A stretch of DNA of 64,000 nt from Pseudomonadota bacterium (GTDB lineage: Bacteria > Pseudomonadota > Gammaproteobacteria > Pseudomonadales > JADFDG01). Positions 16,545 to 27,427 of this stretch are shown piece after piece. The stretch is taken from assembly GCA_049323295.1 (NCBI GenBank), contig JBMOON010000017.1:258724-322723 (forward strand), in the 5' to 3' direction. The position numbers and the translations under genes are program-made. The notes under the pieces were generated by a model that saw nothing but the letters and a program-made list of their open reading frames with translations, was not told where the DNA came from and ran no database searches. Each line of letters opens with the position of its first letter. The first letter of the stretch is position 1.

Positions 16545-18353
16545 ATGACATTACAATTCACTGCTCCCGTCCTGCGTCCGGCTGCCCTGGCGCTGTGCCT
16601 GGTCGCCTGCGCCGGCGATCCCGACCCCGCGACCCGCGTGCAGACGGCGACCGTACCGCCGCTGCCGGCGGCCGTCCTGCCGGACGCAGCGTCCGGCCAT
16701 TCCGTGCCGGTTCCGCCGGCAGCCGCAAGGCTCGAAACGGAGACGGAAGAAAGCCGGCCGGTCGCCGCCCTGCAGAAACTGCACGCCGTCCTGCCGTCGC
16801 CGGCCGCGGCGCAGCGTCGCGAGGCGTCCGCAATGGCCTACGCGGCCGAGGCGGACGCCTGGCAGCCGCCGGTGCCGGCCGCCGCCGACACCGAGCGCTA
16901 CCGGCATCCGGGCGACAACGCGGTGCAGCAGGTGGCCGCGGCGCCGGTATCGACCTTCGGTCTCGACGTCGACACCGGCAGCTATTCCAACGTCCGCCGC
17001 TTTCTCGCCCAGGGTCGCCTGCCGCCGCAGGACGCGGTGCGCGTCGAGGAACTGGTGAACTATTTCCCGTACGACTACCCGCGCGCGCAAGGCGACCACC
17101 CGTTCGGCATCGGCACCGAACTGGCTGCCTGCCCGTGGAATCCGCAGCACTGGCTGCTGCGCGTCTCCGTGCGTGCCGACGAAGTCGATGCGCAGGCGAT
17201 GCCGCCGGCGAACCTGGTGTTCCTGGTCGATGTCTCCGGTTCGATGGATGATCCGGCGAAGCTGCCGCTGCTGAAGGCCTCGCTGAAACTGCTGGTCGAC
17301 CAGTTGCGGCAGGAAGACCGGGTGTCGCTGGTCGTCTATGCCGGTCGCGAAGCGGTGGTGCTGGAGCCGACCGCCGGCAGCGAGCGGGAAAAAATCCGCC
17401 GCGCGATCGACAACCTGTCGGCCGGCGGCTCGACGGCCGGCGAGGCCGGCATCCGGCTGGCCTACCGGATGGCGAAGTCCGGGTACATCAAGGGCGGCAT
17501 CAACCGGGTGCTGATCGCCACCGACGGCGACTTCAACGTCGGCGTCACCGATTTCGAGACGCTGAAGGACCTGGTGGAGCGCGAGCGCGCATCCAGCGTG
17601 CAGTTTTCCTCGCTCGGTTTCGGCACCGGCAACTACAACGAAGCGCTGATGGAGCAGCTGGCCGATGCCGGCAACGGCAGTTACGCCTACATCGACACCC
17701 TGCAGGAAGGCCGCAAGGTGCTGGTCGAGCAGGTGCGGTCGACGCTGGTGACGGTGGCGCAGGACGTGAAGGTGCAGGTCGAGTTCAATCCGGCCGTGGT
17801 GGGCGAGTACCGGCTGATCGGCTACGAGAACCGGATGCTGGCCCGCGAGGACTTCAACAACGACAAGGTCGATGCCGGCGATGTCGGCGCCGGTGCGACG
17901 GTCACCGCGCTGTACGAACTGACGCCGGCCGGGGCGGCCTCGTCGGTCGATCCGCTGCGCTACGGCAGCGCGGCCGGCGGCGACAACAACGGAAAGCCGG
18001 ATCGCCGCTTCCCGGCGCCGACGATCCAGTACCGGCGCGATCCGGCGGCCGCGGAAATCGCTTTCGTGAAACTGCGCTACAAGCAGCCGGGCGCCGCGGC
18101 GAGCCGGCTGGTCAGCGTGCCGGTGGTGCGCGGGGCGCTGCAGCCGGCGTTCGCGCAGGCCAGCGAGGATCTGCGGTTCGCGACGGCGGTTGCCGGGTTC
18201 GGGCAGCTGTTGCGCGGCGGCCGCCATACCGCCGGCTGGCGCTGGGACGACGTGCTGGCACTGGCGAACGGCGCGCGCGGCCGGGACGAGTTCGGCTACC
18301 GGGCGGAGTTCGTGTCGCTGGTGCGGATGGCGCAGACGCTCGACGGCGGCTGA
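16545..18353 (+). CDS. von Willebrand factor type A (VWA) domain lipoprotein (YfbK-like)
   Basis: Lipobox LVACAG; MIDAS motif DVSGSM...GGSTAG...TDGDFN; conserved VEELVNYFPYDY upstream segment. Start ATG 16545 behind GGAGG. Confidence 0.88.
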   Translation: MTLQFTAPVLRPAALALCLVACAGDPDPATRVQTATVPPLPAAVLPDAASGHSVPVPPAAARLETETEESRPVAALQKLHAVLPSPAAAQRREASAMAYAAEADAWQPPVPAAADTERYRHPGDNAVQQVAAAPVSTFGLDVDTGSYSNVRRFLAQGRLPPQDAVRVEELVNYFPYDYPRAQGDHPFGIGTELAACPWNPQHWLLRVSVRADEVDAQAMPPANLVFLVDVSGSMDDPAKLPLLKASLKLLVDQLRQEDRVSLVVYAGREAVVLEPTAGSEREKIRRAIDNLSAGGSTAGEAGIRLAYRMAKSGYIKGGINRVLIATDGDFNVGVTDFETLKDLVERERASSVQFSSLGFGTGNYNEALMEQLADAGNGSYAYIDTLQEGRKVLVEQVRSTLVTVAQDVKVQVEFNPAVVGEYRLIGYENRMLAREDFNNDKVDAGDVGAGATVTALYELTPAGAASSVDPLRYGSAAGGDNNGKPDRRFPAPTIQYRRDPAAAEIAFVKLRYKQPGAAASRLVSVPVVRGALQPAFAQASEDLRFATAVAGFGQLLRGGRHTAGWRWDDVLALANGARGRDEFGYRAEFVSLVRMAQTLDGG

Positions 18354-18374
18354 GTCTGGTAGTGTCGGCCTGCC

Positions 18375-18944
18375 ATGTCCGTCTCCGCGAGTGCCACCGA
18401 CGAAGAACTGATGCGCGCGTTCCAGGGCGGGGACGCGCGCGCCTTCGAGGAGCTGTACCGGCGCTATCGCGGCACGCTGTACCGCTTCCTCGTCCGGCAG
18501 GCCGGCAGCGTGCCGGCCGGCGAGGAACTCTACCAGGACGTGTGGCTGACGCTGGCGAACCAGCGCGAGCGCTGGCAGCCGACGGCGACGCTGAGAACCT
18601 ATCTCTACCGCATCGCCCACTCGCGCGTGGTCGACCATTTCCGCCGGCAGGGCCGCGAGCGCGGTTTCCTGCGGGTATCGCTGGACAATGATGACGCGCC
18701 GGAGCCGGCCTGCCCGGCGACGAGTGCCGACAGCGAATGGACGCGGCAGGCCACCGCCGACGCGGTGCGCCGCTGTCTCGACGCGTTGCCGCCGGAACAG
18801 CGCGAGGCGTTCCTGCTGAAGGAAGAATCGGAACTGGCGCTGGCCGACATCGCCGCCGTGGCGGGCGTCGGCGCGGAAACGGTGAAGAGCCGGGTGCGCT
18901 ACGCGATCGCGCGCCTGCGGCAGTGCCTGGCGGAGTGGCTATGA
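18375..18944 (+). CDS. ECF-type RNA polymerase sigma factor
   Basis: 189 aa. Region 2 is FEELYRRYRGTLYRFL...DVWL and region 4 is LPPEQREAFLLKEESELALADIAAVAGVGAETVKSRVRYA. Confidence 0.92.
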   Translation: MSVSASATDEELMRAFQGGDARAFEELYRRYRGTLYRFLVRQAGSVPAGEELYQDVWLTLANQRERWQPTATLRTYLYRIAHSRVVDHFRRQGRERGFLRVSLDNDDAPEPACPATSADSEWTRQATADAVRRCLDALPPEQREAFLLKEESELALADIAAVAGVGAETVKSRVRYAIARLRQCLAEWL

Positions 18945-19954
18945 GCAACGAACGGCAACCGGGAGCACCGGACGATTTCCCGCCGGACGACGACAGCGCG
19001 GTGCGCGTGCGCGCGCTCTATCGCGGCCTGCCGGCTGCCGAGCCGCCGGCGGAACTCGACGAACGCATACTCGCCGCGGCACGCCGCGCCGCGCGCAGCC
19101 GGCCGCAGGCGGTGCCCTGGACGGTGCGCTGGCGGGCGCCGCTGGCCACCGCGGCCTGTCTGTTGCTGGTGATCGGCGTGCTGTGGCGCCTGCCGGCGCC
19201 GCAGCACGGCGCGCTGCAGGAAGCGGTGCGCGAAGAATCGGCGGTGGCCGACGCGGCGCCGGCGCCCATTGCGACGGCACCGGCGGCCGATGCGCTGCCG
19301 GCACGTACGCCGCCGGCCGGCGAACCGGAGATGAAACCGGTGGCGCCGGCGGAAACCCGGATCACCGGCAGTGCGGCACCGGTCGCGGTGGCCGGCGCGC
19401 CGGCGAAAGCGGAGGCGGTCGCCGGACCGGATCCGGCGATGGCCGATGCCGTGGCACCGGCGGAAATGCCGCCGGCGGCCGCGCCGGCACCTGTCGCGGC
19501 GATGGCGGAAGACGAGTTGCGCGAGCACGAGGCGCTCGCGGCTGCCGCGGAACGGTCGTCGACGCCGACGGCGCTGCGCGACGGGCTGGCGAAATCTGCC
19601 GCGCCGGCCGCGCAGCAGGCGCTCGCGCCGCGCGGCGCGCCCTGGCCCTACGGTCTGGTGCCGACGCTCGCGCCGGCGACGGCGTGCGCGCGCCTGGTCC
19701 AGGAAAGCGGCGGCAGCTGCAGCGCGCGGCTGGCCGGCGGCGCGCTGGAACTGCGGCTGTCCGGCCACGATCCGGAGTGGTTGCCGCGGCTGGCGGCGGC
19801 GCTGGCGGAACTCGGCTGGCAGCCGGAGTTTGCCGGTGCGGAAGGCGCGCGCCATGTCCGCCTCACCGAGGCCGGCCGCGAACGCATCGAGTGGAGTCTG
19901 AAGTCCGGTGGCGTGCTGTCGTTGCGCCTCGTTGCCGCCGACGGTACGCGTTGA
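18941..19954 (+). CDS. putative anti-sigma factor (single-pass membrane protein)
   Basis: Its start overlaps the sigma-factor stop (ATGA). It has a short cytoplasmic N-terminus, one TM helix (LATAACLLLVIGVLW), and an Ala/Pro-rich periplasmic part followed by a C-terminal globular segment. Confidence 0.7.
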   Translation: MSNERQPGAPDDFPPDDDSAVRVRALYRGLPAAEPPAELDERILAAARRAARSRPQAVPWTVRWRAPLATAACLLLVIGVLWRLPAPQHGALQEAVREESAVADAAPAPIATAPAADALPARTPPAGEPEMKPVAPAETRITGSAAPVAVAGAPAKAEAVAGPDPAMADAVAPAEMPPAAAPAPVAAMAEDELREHEALAAAAERSSTPTALRDGLAKSAAPAAQQALAPRGAPWPYGLVPTLAPATACARLVQESGGSCSARLAGGALELRLSGHDPEWLPRLAAALAELGWQPEFAGAEGARHVRLTEAGRERIEWSLKSGGVLSLRLVAADGTR

Positions 19955-19957
19955 ACT

Positions 19958-20776
19958 TCAGCGCACGCCGACGCGCGGCGGCAGGTGCCGCGTGTCGCGC
20001 AGTCCGGCCGCATTGTCGGCCGGCAGCCAGCGGTCGACCAGCTTCGCCAGCCGGCCGCTGTCGCGCATGCCGCGCACCGTGCGGTTGACGGTTTCCGCGA
20101 AGTCGCGCTCGCGCGCGGCGAAACCCAGCACCAGGTTTTCGTTGAGCAGCGGCTTCGGTTCGATGCGCATGTCGGTCCAGTCGTAGCGGGTCGACAGCCA
20201 GCGGAAAGCGGGACCGCTGAGAATGGCCGCCACGCAGCCTTCGGTGCGCAGGATCATCAGCGCCGCCTGTTCGGTTTTCGCCCGGCTCTGCCACAGCTTG
20301 CCCTGCATCGACAGCAGCGCCAGCGGCGGATACAGCTCTTCGGTGAGCGTGCACAGCTTGCGGTCCTTCAGGTTCGACGGCAGCCGGTAGTTCACCGGGT
20401 TCTCCGCCAGCGTCACCAGCACGCTGTCCAGGCGCGCCAGCGGTTCGGTCAGCACCAGCTCGCGGCCCGGCGGCCGCGTCACGCTGAAAAACAGCGCGCC
20501 GTCGGCGTGACCGCTGCGCAGCGAGTCGGTCGTTCTTTCGCGCGGGAGGAATTCATAGCGCAGTTGCCGTTTGGCGGTGCGCGCCGCCTCGTCGAGGATG
20601 TCGGCCACCACGCCCTGCGGCCGGTTGCCGCCCGGCATCAGGTACAGCCACGGCGGCGCGCCGCTGTCCGACAGGTGAAAGTTGAGCGGATCGTTGCTGC
20701 CGCGGGCGGCCGGCGCGAAGCAGGCGGCCAGCAACAGCGGGAAGAGGGCGAGACGCAGGGAGCGGAGGGCGGACAT
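19958..20776 (-). CDS. periplasmic solute-binding-protein-like protein (family 3 / PBPb-like)
   Basis: Signal peptide MSALRSLRLALFPLLLAACFAPAARG. The body resembles polar-amino-acid SBP-like proteins (VVADILDEAARTAK..., FGFAARERDFAETVN). The start was chosen at the signal peptide and is uncertain. Confidence 0.6.
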   Translation of the reverse strand: MSALRSLRLALFPLLLAACFAPAARGSNDPLNFHLSDSGAPPWLYLMPGGNRPQGVVADILDEAARTAKRQLRYEFLPRERTTDSLRSGHADGALFFSVTRPPGRELVLTEPLARLDSVLVTLAENPVNYRLPSNLKDRKLCTLTEELYPPLALLSMQGKLWQSRAKTEQAALMILRTEGCVAAILSGPAFRWLSTRYDWTDMRIEPKPLLNENLVLGFAARERDFAETVNRTVRGMRDSGRLAKLVDRWLPADNAAGLRDTRHLPPRVGVR

Positions 20777-20976
20777 GGCGGCGGTCCCGGGGAGTGGCGG
20801 GGCAGCCATCGTCGCCACGGCCGGTTACGGGCCGATGACGGCGCCGCCATCCGGGCGGATGAACGGACCGGCCAATCCGGCCTGCGGCACAGGTCATTGT
20901 GGCCGCCGGCGCCGGGCGGCATTGTCGGTGGCAGGCCGGCCGCACCCGCGCCGGACCGTTTTTCCGGGGTTATGCC

Positions 20977-21942
20977 ATGTCCCAGCAGCGTTTCATCAGC
21001 GAAGCCGAATTCCGCGACTGGGCCGAACAGGCGCTGCAGCGCAGCATCGATCCGGAAACCGGTCTCTACGGACCGGATTCGCTGATGTGGCGGCTGGGCC
21101 GCGAATCGATCGGTTTCTTCGGCGGCGGTCGCGCCGCGTTGCTGCAGCTGGCGCACCCCTGGGTCGCCAACGCGATCGACCAGCATTCGCAGACCCGCGA
21201 CGATCCGCTGGGCCGCTTCCGCCGCACCTTCATCAACGTGTTTTCGATGATCTACGGCAACACCGGCCAGGTGATGCGGGTCGCCAACAACGTGCACCGC
21301 ATCCACCAGGGCATCCAGGGCACGCTGCCGGAGGAGTCGGGCGCCTTCGCGCAGGGCTCGCGCTACCAGGCGAACGAAGTGCAGGCCATGCTGTGGGTGC
21401 ACGCGACGCTCTGGGACACCCAGGTGCGGATGTACGAACTGGTGTTCCCGGCGCTGACCCGCGACGAGAAGGAACGCTACTACCAGGAAACGAAACTGTT
21501 CGCGTACCTGTTCGGCATTCCCGACGACGCGCTGCCGCCCGACTGGGGCGCCTTCCAGGAATACATGGACGGCATGTACGCCTCCGACGAGCTGGTGGCC
21601 CGGCGCGTCGGCCGCGAGATGGGCGACATGATCTTCAGCTTCCGCGGCCCGCTGCAGCCGGCGCTGCAGTGGCTGCGGGTGATGACCGCCTACATGATGC
21701 CGCCGCGGCTGCGCGAGGAATTCCGGTTGCCGCCGGACACGCCGGAAAACCGTCGCACCTACGACAACGGACTGGCGATGGTGAAGGCGGTGTACACCCG
21801 TCTGCCCGGCCGGTTGCGCTACGTGCCCAGCTACATCGAGGCGCAGCGGCGCATCGCCGGCAAGCCGCACGCCGACCTGCTGACCCAGGGCCTGAACCTG
21901 GCCTGGCTCGGCCGCCGCGAACTGGTCAGCGCCGGCGCCTGA
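20977..21942 (+). CDS. oxygenase MpaB-family (DUF2236) protein, copy 1
   Basis: GPDSLMWRLGRESIGFFGGGRAALLQLAHPWVANAIDQHSQTRDDPLGRF is the family-typical N-terminal block as I remember it. The start was moved to ATG 20977. Confidence 0.75.
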   Translation: MSQQRFISEAEFRDWAEQALQRSIDPETGLYGPDSLMWRLGRESIGFFGGGRAALLQLAHPWVANAIDQHSQTRDDPLGRFRRTFINVFSMIYGNTGQVMRVANNVHRIHQGIQGTLPEESGAFAQGSRYQANEVQAMLWVHATLWDTQVRMYELVFPALTRDEKERYYQETKLFAYLFGIPDDALPPDWGAFQEYMDGMYASDELVARRVGREMGDMIFSFRGPLQPALQWLRVMTAYMMPPRLREEFRLPPDTPENRRTYDNGLAMVKAVYTRLPGRLRYVPSYIEAQRRIAGKPHADLLTQGLNLAWLGRRELVSAGA

Positions 21943-21973
21943 GCGCACGGCCCGCGCATCCCGGAGATCCGTC

Positions 21974-22945
21974 ATGTCGTCTGCCGCCCTGCAACCGGTC
22001 ACCCCGGCGCTGTTCGAGGCGCAGCTCGAACGCCTGCGCAACGAGTGCGCGAATCCGCTGCACGGCCTGTTCGGGCCGGGCTCGATGATGTGGGAGATCA
22101 ACAAGTATCCGTTCGCCGCCATGCAGGGTTCCGGGCGGGCGCTGCTGCTGCAGATCGCGCATCCCTGGGTCACCAACGCGATCGACGAGCACTCGCAGAC
22201 CCGCAGCGATCCGGTCGGCCGCGGCAACCGCACCTTCACCCACGTCGGCCGCATGGTGTTCGGCAGCCTCGACCAGGCCATCGAATCGGCGCACGCGGTC
22301 TACAACCTGCACACGCAGATCCGCGGCCGCCTGCTGCAGGGGTCGCCGGCCTCGCCGGCCGGCAGCGACTACCTTGCCAACGAAGTGCAGGCGGCGGTGT
22401 GGGTGCATGCGACGCTGTGGGACACCGCGGCGATGATGTACGAAATGTTCGTGCGGCCGCTGACCCGCGACGAGAAGGAACGCTACTACCGGGAGACGCG
22501 CCGCTTTGCCTGGCTGTTCGGCATTCCCGACGCGGCGCTGCCGCGCGACTGGGACGATTTCATGGTCTGGAACGAGCGCATGTGGAACGGCGACCGGCTG
22601 CAGGTGAACGCCAACACGCTGGAGCTGGCCGGTTTCCTGTTCCGGCCGAAACAGAAGTACCTGCGCGCCGGCATGCAATGGATCCGCCTGGTCACCGCGG
22701 TGACGCTGCCGCCGCGGCTGGCGGCCGATTTCGGGCTGCGCAACGACGAACGCACCCGGCGGCGGGTGGCGCGGGTGGCGCAACTGGTGCGCGCGGCGCA
22801 CCGCCACGCGCCGGAGCGCCTGCTGCTCAACCCGACCTACGTGGAAGCGCAGGCACGGCTGGCCGGCCGGCGCGCCGACTGGCTGACCCGCCGGCTGCAG
22901 CGGGCGGCACTGGGTCGCGAGGAGCTGGTCGGCATACAGGGCTGA
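21974..22945 (+). CDS. oxygenase MpaB-family (DUF2236) protein, copy 2 (tandem paralog)
   Basis: GPGSMMWEINKYPFAAMQGSGRALLLQIAHPWVTNAIDEHSQTRSDPVGR. Collinear with copy 1 along the whole length (VWVHATLWDT, LTRDEKERYY.ET, FGIPD.ALP.DW). Confidence 0.75.
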   Translation: MSSAALQPVTPALFEAQLERLRNECANPLHGLFGPGSMMWEINKYPFAAMQGSGRALLLQIAHPWVTNAIDEHSQTRSDPVGRGNRTFTHVGRMVFGSLDQAIESAHAVYNLHTQIRGRLLQGSPASPAGSDYLANEVQAAVWVHATLWDTAAMMYEMFVRPLTRDEKERYYRETRRFAWLFGIPDAALPRDWDDFMVWNERMWNGDRLQVNANTLELAGFLFRPKQKYLRAGMQWIRLVTAVTLPPRLAADFGLRNDERTRRRVARVAQLVRAAHRHAPERLLLNPTYVEAQARLAGRRADWLTRRLQRAALGREELVGIQG

Positions 22946-22987
22946 TGCCGGTCGCGCTAAGATGCGGCCTCCGCAAGGGAGGCCCCC

Positions 22988-23707
22988 ATGACCACGCTGT
23001 ACCAGTACGAGATCTCTCCGTTCTGCGACAAGGTCCGTCGCGTGCTGCACGCCAAGGGCGTCGATTACCGCGTGCAGGAGATCACCCTCCGGGAAACCCT
23101 CGACGGCCGCCTGAAGGAACTGTCGCCGGCCGGCAAGCTGCCGGTGCTGGACATCGAGGGCGAACGCATCGCCGATTCCACCGACATCTGCCGCTTCCTG
23201 GAAGCACGGTTTCCCGAGCCGCGCCTGATGCCGGCCGATCTGCGGGACCAGGCGCTGGTCCATTTCTTCGAGGACTGGGCGGACGAAGCGCTGTATTTCT
23301 ACGAGATGCACCTGCGCTTCACACTGCCGCACAACGCCGAGCGCTGGGTGCCGGCGGTCAGCCGACATGACGGCAGTTTCATCCGCCGGCTGGCGAAATT
23401 CGCGGTCCCGCGCACGATGTTGCGCACCACGCAGGCGCAGGGCACCGGCCGCAAGCCGCTGGCGACGATCCGGCGCGAACTCGACCGGCATTTCCAGATG
23501 CTCAACCAGTGGCTGACCGGCCGCGACTGGCTGGTGGGCGATGCGCTGTCGCTGGCCGACGTATCGGTGTACGTGCAACTGGATGCGCTGGCCGGCACCA
23601 GCGAGGGCCAGGACCTGATGCGCGGCTACGAACACCTGCGCAAGTGGATGCTGCGCGTCGACGCCGCCACCCGGGCGCCGGCCGAAGCGGCCGTGGCGGC
23701 GGGTTGA
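22988..23707 (+). CDS. glutathione S-transferase family protein
   Basis: Thioredoxin-like N-terminus (LYQYEISPFCDKVRRVLHAKGVDY, KLPVLDIEGERIADS) and a helical C-terminal domain (GDALSLADVSVY). Confidence 0.8.
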   Translation: MTTLYQYEISPFCDKVRRVLHAKGVDYRVQEITLRETLDGRLKELSPAGKLPVLDIEGERIADSTDICRFLEARFPEPRLMPADLRDQALVHFFEDWADEALYFYEMHLRFTLPHNAERWVPAVSRHDGSFIRRLAKFAVPRTMLRTTQAQGTGRKPLATIRRELDRHFQMLNQWLTGRDWLVGDALSLADVSVYVQLDALAGTSEGQDLMRGYEHLRKWMLRVDAATRAPAEAAVAAG

Positions 23708-23709
23708 AC

Positions 23710-24738
23710 ATGCGGGTTGCAGGCGGTCGCCGGCTGGCGTTGTTCCTGGCCGGCGTGTTGTGCGCGGGCACGCTCCACGCCGGCACGGTCGAGCAGGACA
23801 CCCGCCGGCATCTCGATCGCCTGCGCGGCATCGCGGCCAACGCCGATGCCGCCGACAGCACGGCGCGACGCGACGATGCCTGGCAGTACTTCAATGCCGG
23901 CGGGCAGCCGGTGCTTGCCGTGCTGCGGCGCGAACTCGGCCGCGAACTGCAGAAACGGCAACCGAACGCGCTGCTGCTGCTCGATGCCGGCTACTTCCTG
24001 CAGCTGCAGGAAATTCCGGGCGACCGTGCGCTGACCCGCCGCGCGCTGCTGGCGATCGATCCCGCCGCGCCGCCGGTGGCCGCGAATCCGCAGCAGTTGT
24101 TCGATTACGCGCATGCACTGGCCGCCGTGCCGGATCCGGCGCTGCTCCCGTTCTTCGACCGCGCTTTCCTGAAACCGGCCACCGTGGTCCCGGCGTTGCC
24201 GGATGCCGCGCTGGCCTGTGCCTTCCTTTACGGTCGCCAGGGGGCGGCGGGCGAGCGGCACCTGCGCGAACTGCTGCTGCGCGAACCGGCGCTGGCGCCG
24301 CGCATTCTCGCCGTCCTCGCCTGGACAGGCACGCCGGCCAGCGTGCCGGCGGTGCAGCAGGCACTGGCCGGCGGCAACGATCCGGAGCGTTTCGTGCAGG
24401 CGGTGTCGTTCTTCCTGCGCAGCGGCGGACCGGACGGCCGCGCCGCATTGCTGGCGATCGATCCGGCGACGCTGGACAGCGTGTCGCGCGATTTCCTGCT
24501 GGCCCAGCGTCCGGGCATCGAGGCGCTGTCCTTCACCGCACTGCGTGCGGGTTTCCTCGCCGGCGACCGCCTGCCGGAGACGGCAGCCGTCCTTGATGCC
24601 GAAACGCCGGCGGCGGAACTGGTCGCGACGCTGGAGCGTCGGCGCGGCGAACTGTTTGCCTGGGCGTCGGAGAGCAACGTGCGCGAGATCGGGCTGACCA
24701 ACCGCCTGCTCAATACCCTGCGCTACCGGGAGCGCTGA
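23710..24738 (+). CDS. secreted helical-repeat protein of unknown function
   Basis: Signal peptide MRVAGGRRLALFLAGVLCAGTLHA. Leu/Ala-rich helical composition. It starts 2 nt after the GST stop, and its 3' end overlaps the convergent selD by 29 nt. Confidence 0.6.
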   Translation: MRVAGGRRLALFLAGVLCAGTLHAGTVEQDTRRHLDRLRGIAANADAADSTARRDDAWQYFNAGGQPVLAVLRRELGRELQKRQPNALLLLDAGYFLQLQEIPGDRALTRRALLAIDPAAPPVAANPQQLFDYAHALAAVPDPALLPFFDRAFLKPATVVPALPDAALACAFLYGRQGAAGERHLRELLLREPALAPRILAVLAWTGTPASVPAVQQALAGGNDPERFVQAVSFFLRSGGPDGRAALLAIDPATLDSVSRDFLLAQRPGIEALSFTALRAGFLAGDRLPETAAVLDAETPAAELVATLERRRGELFAWASESNVREIGLTNRLLNTLRYRER

Positions 24739-25773
24739 GCCGCACCGTCACCTGCGGTGCGCCGGCCTGCAGCCGGCCGATCACCGCCGCCTGCGCGAAA
24801 CCGCGGGCGCGGAAAATTTCCAGCACTTCGTCGCGGGCGGCCGGATCGCAGGCCACCAGCAGGCCGCCGCTGGTCTGCGCGTCGCACAGCAGGCGGCGCT
24901 GCCAGTCGGCGACGCCGTCGCCGATCGTCACCGCGCTGCCGTAGCTGTTCCAGTTGCGGGCGATGGCGCCGGGGCCGATGCCCTGCTGCGCGAATTCCGC
25001 CGCCTGCGGCAGCAGCGGCACCCGTTCCAGCGCGATGTCGGCGGCCAGCCGCGATCCGCGACAGACTTCCAGCAGATGACCGAGCAGGCCGAAGCCGGTG
25101 ACGTCGGTCAGCGCGTGCACGCCGTCGAGCGCGGACAGCGCCGCGCCGGGCGTGTTCAGTTTCGTCGTGCTGTCGAGCAGCGTCCGGTAGCCGGCGTCGT
25201 CGAGTTTTTCCTTTTTCAGCGCCGCGGCGAGCACGCCGACGCCCAGCGGTTTGCCGAGGATCAGCAGGTCGCCGGCACGGGCGTCGCTGTTGCGGCGGAC
25301 ACGTTGCGGATGTACGAGGCCCAGCGCGACCAGACCGTAGATCGGTTCCGGCGCGTCGATGGTGTGGCCGCCGGCCACCGGGATGCCGGCCTGTGCGCAG
25401 ACATCGGCGCCGCCTTTCAGGATCTCGCCGATGACGGCGGCCGGCAGCTTGTCCACCGGCATGCCGACAATGGCCAGCGCGAGGATCGGCGTGCCGCCCA
25501 TGGCGTAGACGTCGGAGATCGCGTTGGTGGCGGCGATGCGGCCGAAGTCGTACGGGTCGTCGACGATCGGCATGAAGAAATCGGTGGTGGCCACGAGCGC
25601 CTGGCTGTCGTTGAGGCGATAGACCGCGGCATCGTCGCTGGTTTCGGTGCCGACCAGCAGGTTGGCGTACGGTCCGGCGGCGGGAACGCTGCGCAGGATG
25701 TCGGCGAGCACGTCGGGCGCGATCTTGCAGCCGCAACCGCCGCCGTGCGCGTACTGCGTGAGACGGATGCCGC

Positions 25774-25777
<4 letters not shown>
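24710..25777 (-). CDS. selD: selenide, water dikinase (selenophosphate synthetase), Cys-type
   Basis: IRLTQYAHGGGCGCKIAP, TTDFFMPIVDDPYDFGRIAATNAISDVYAMGG and DVTGFGLLGHL are collinear with E. coli SelD as I remember it. Confidence 0.95.
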
Positions 25778-27290
<1,513 letters not shown>

Positions 27291-27331
27291 CTAGCAGAGG
27301 TTTTTTTCCGGCCGGGCGGCATGCACCGGAC

Positions 27332-27347
27332 TGGCACAACTGTTGCT
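27332..27347 (+). promoter_or_regulatory. sigma-54 (-24/-12) promoter upstream of nasT
   Basis: TGGCAC-AACTG-TTGCT is an exact match to TGGCAC-N5-TTGCW. It lies about 80 nt upstream of the nasT ATG. Confidence 0.75.
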
Positions 27348-27427
27348 ACGGAATCCCCCGTACAGGGCGCATGTCGTGCGCCCGAGCCCGACCGGGGCGA
27401 CTTCCCAGGCAGTTTCCGGGATTACCC

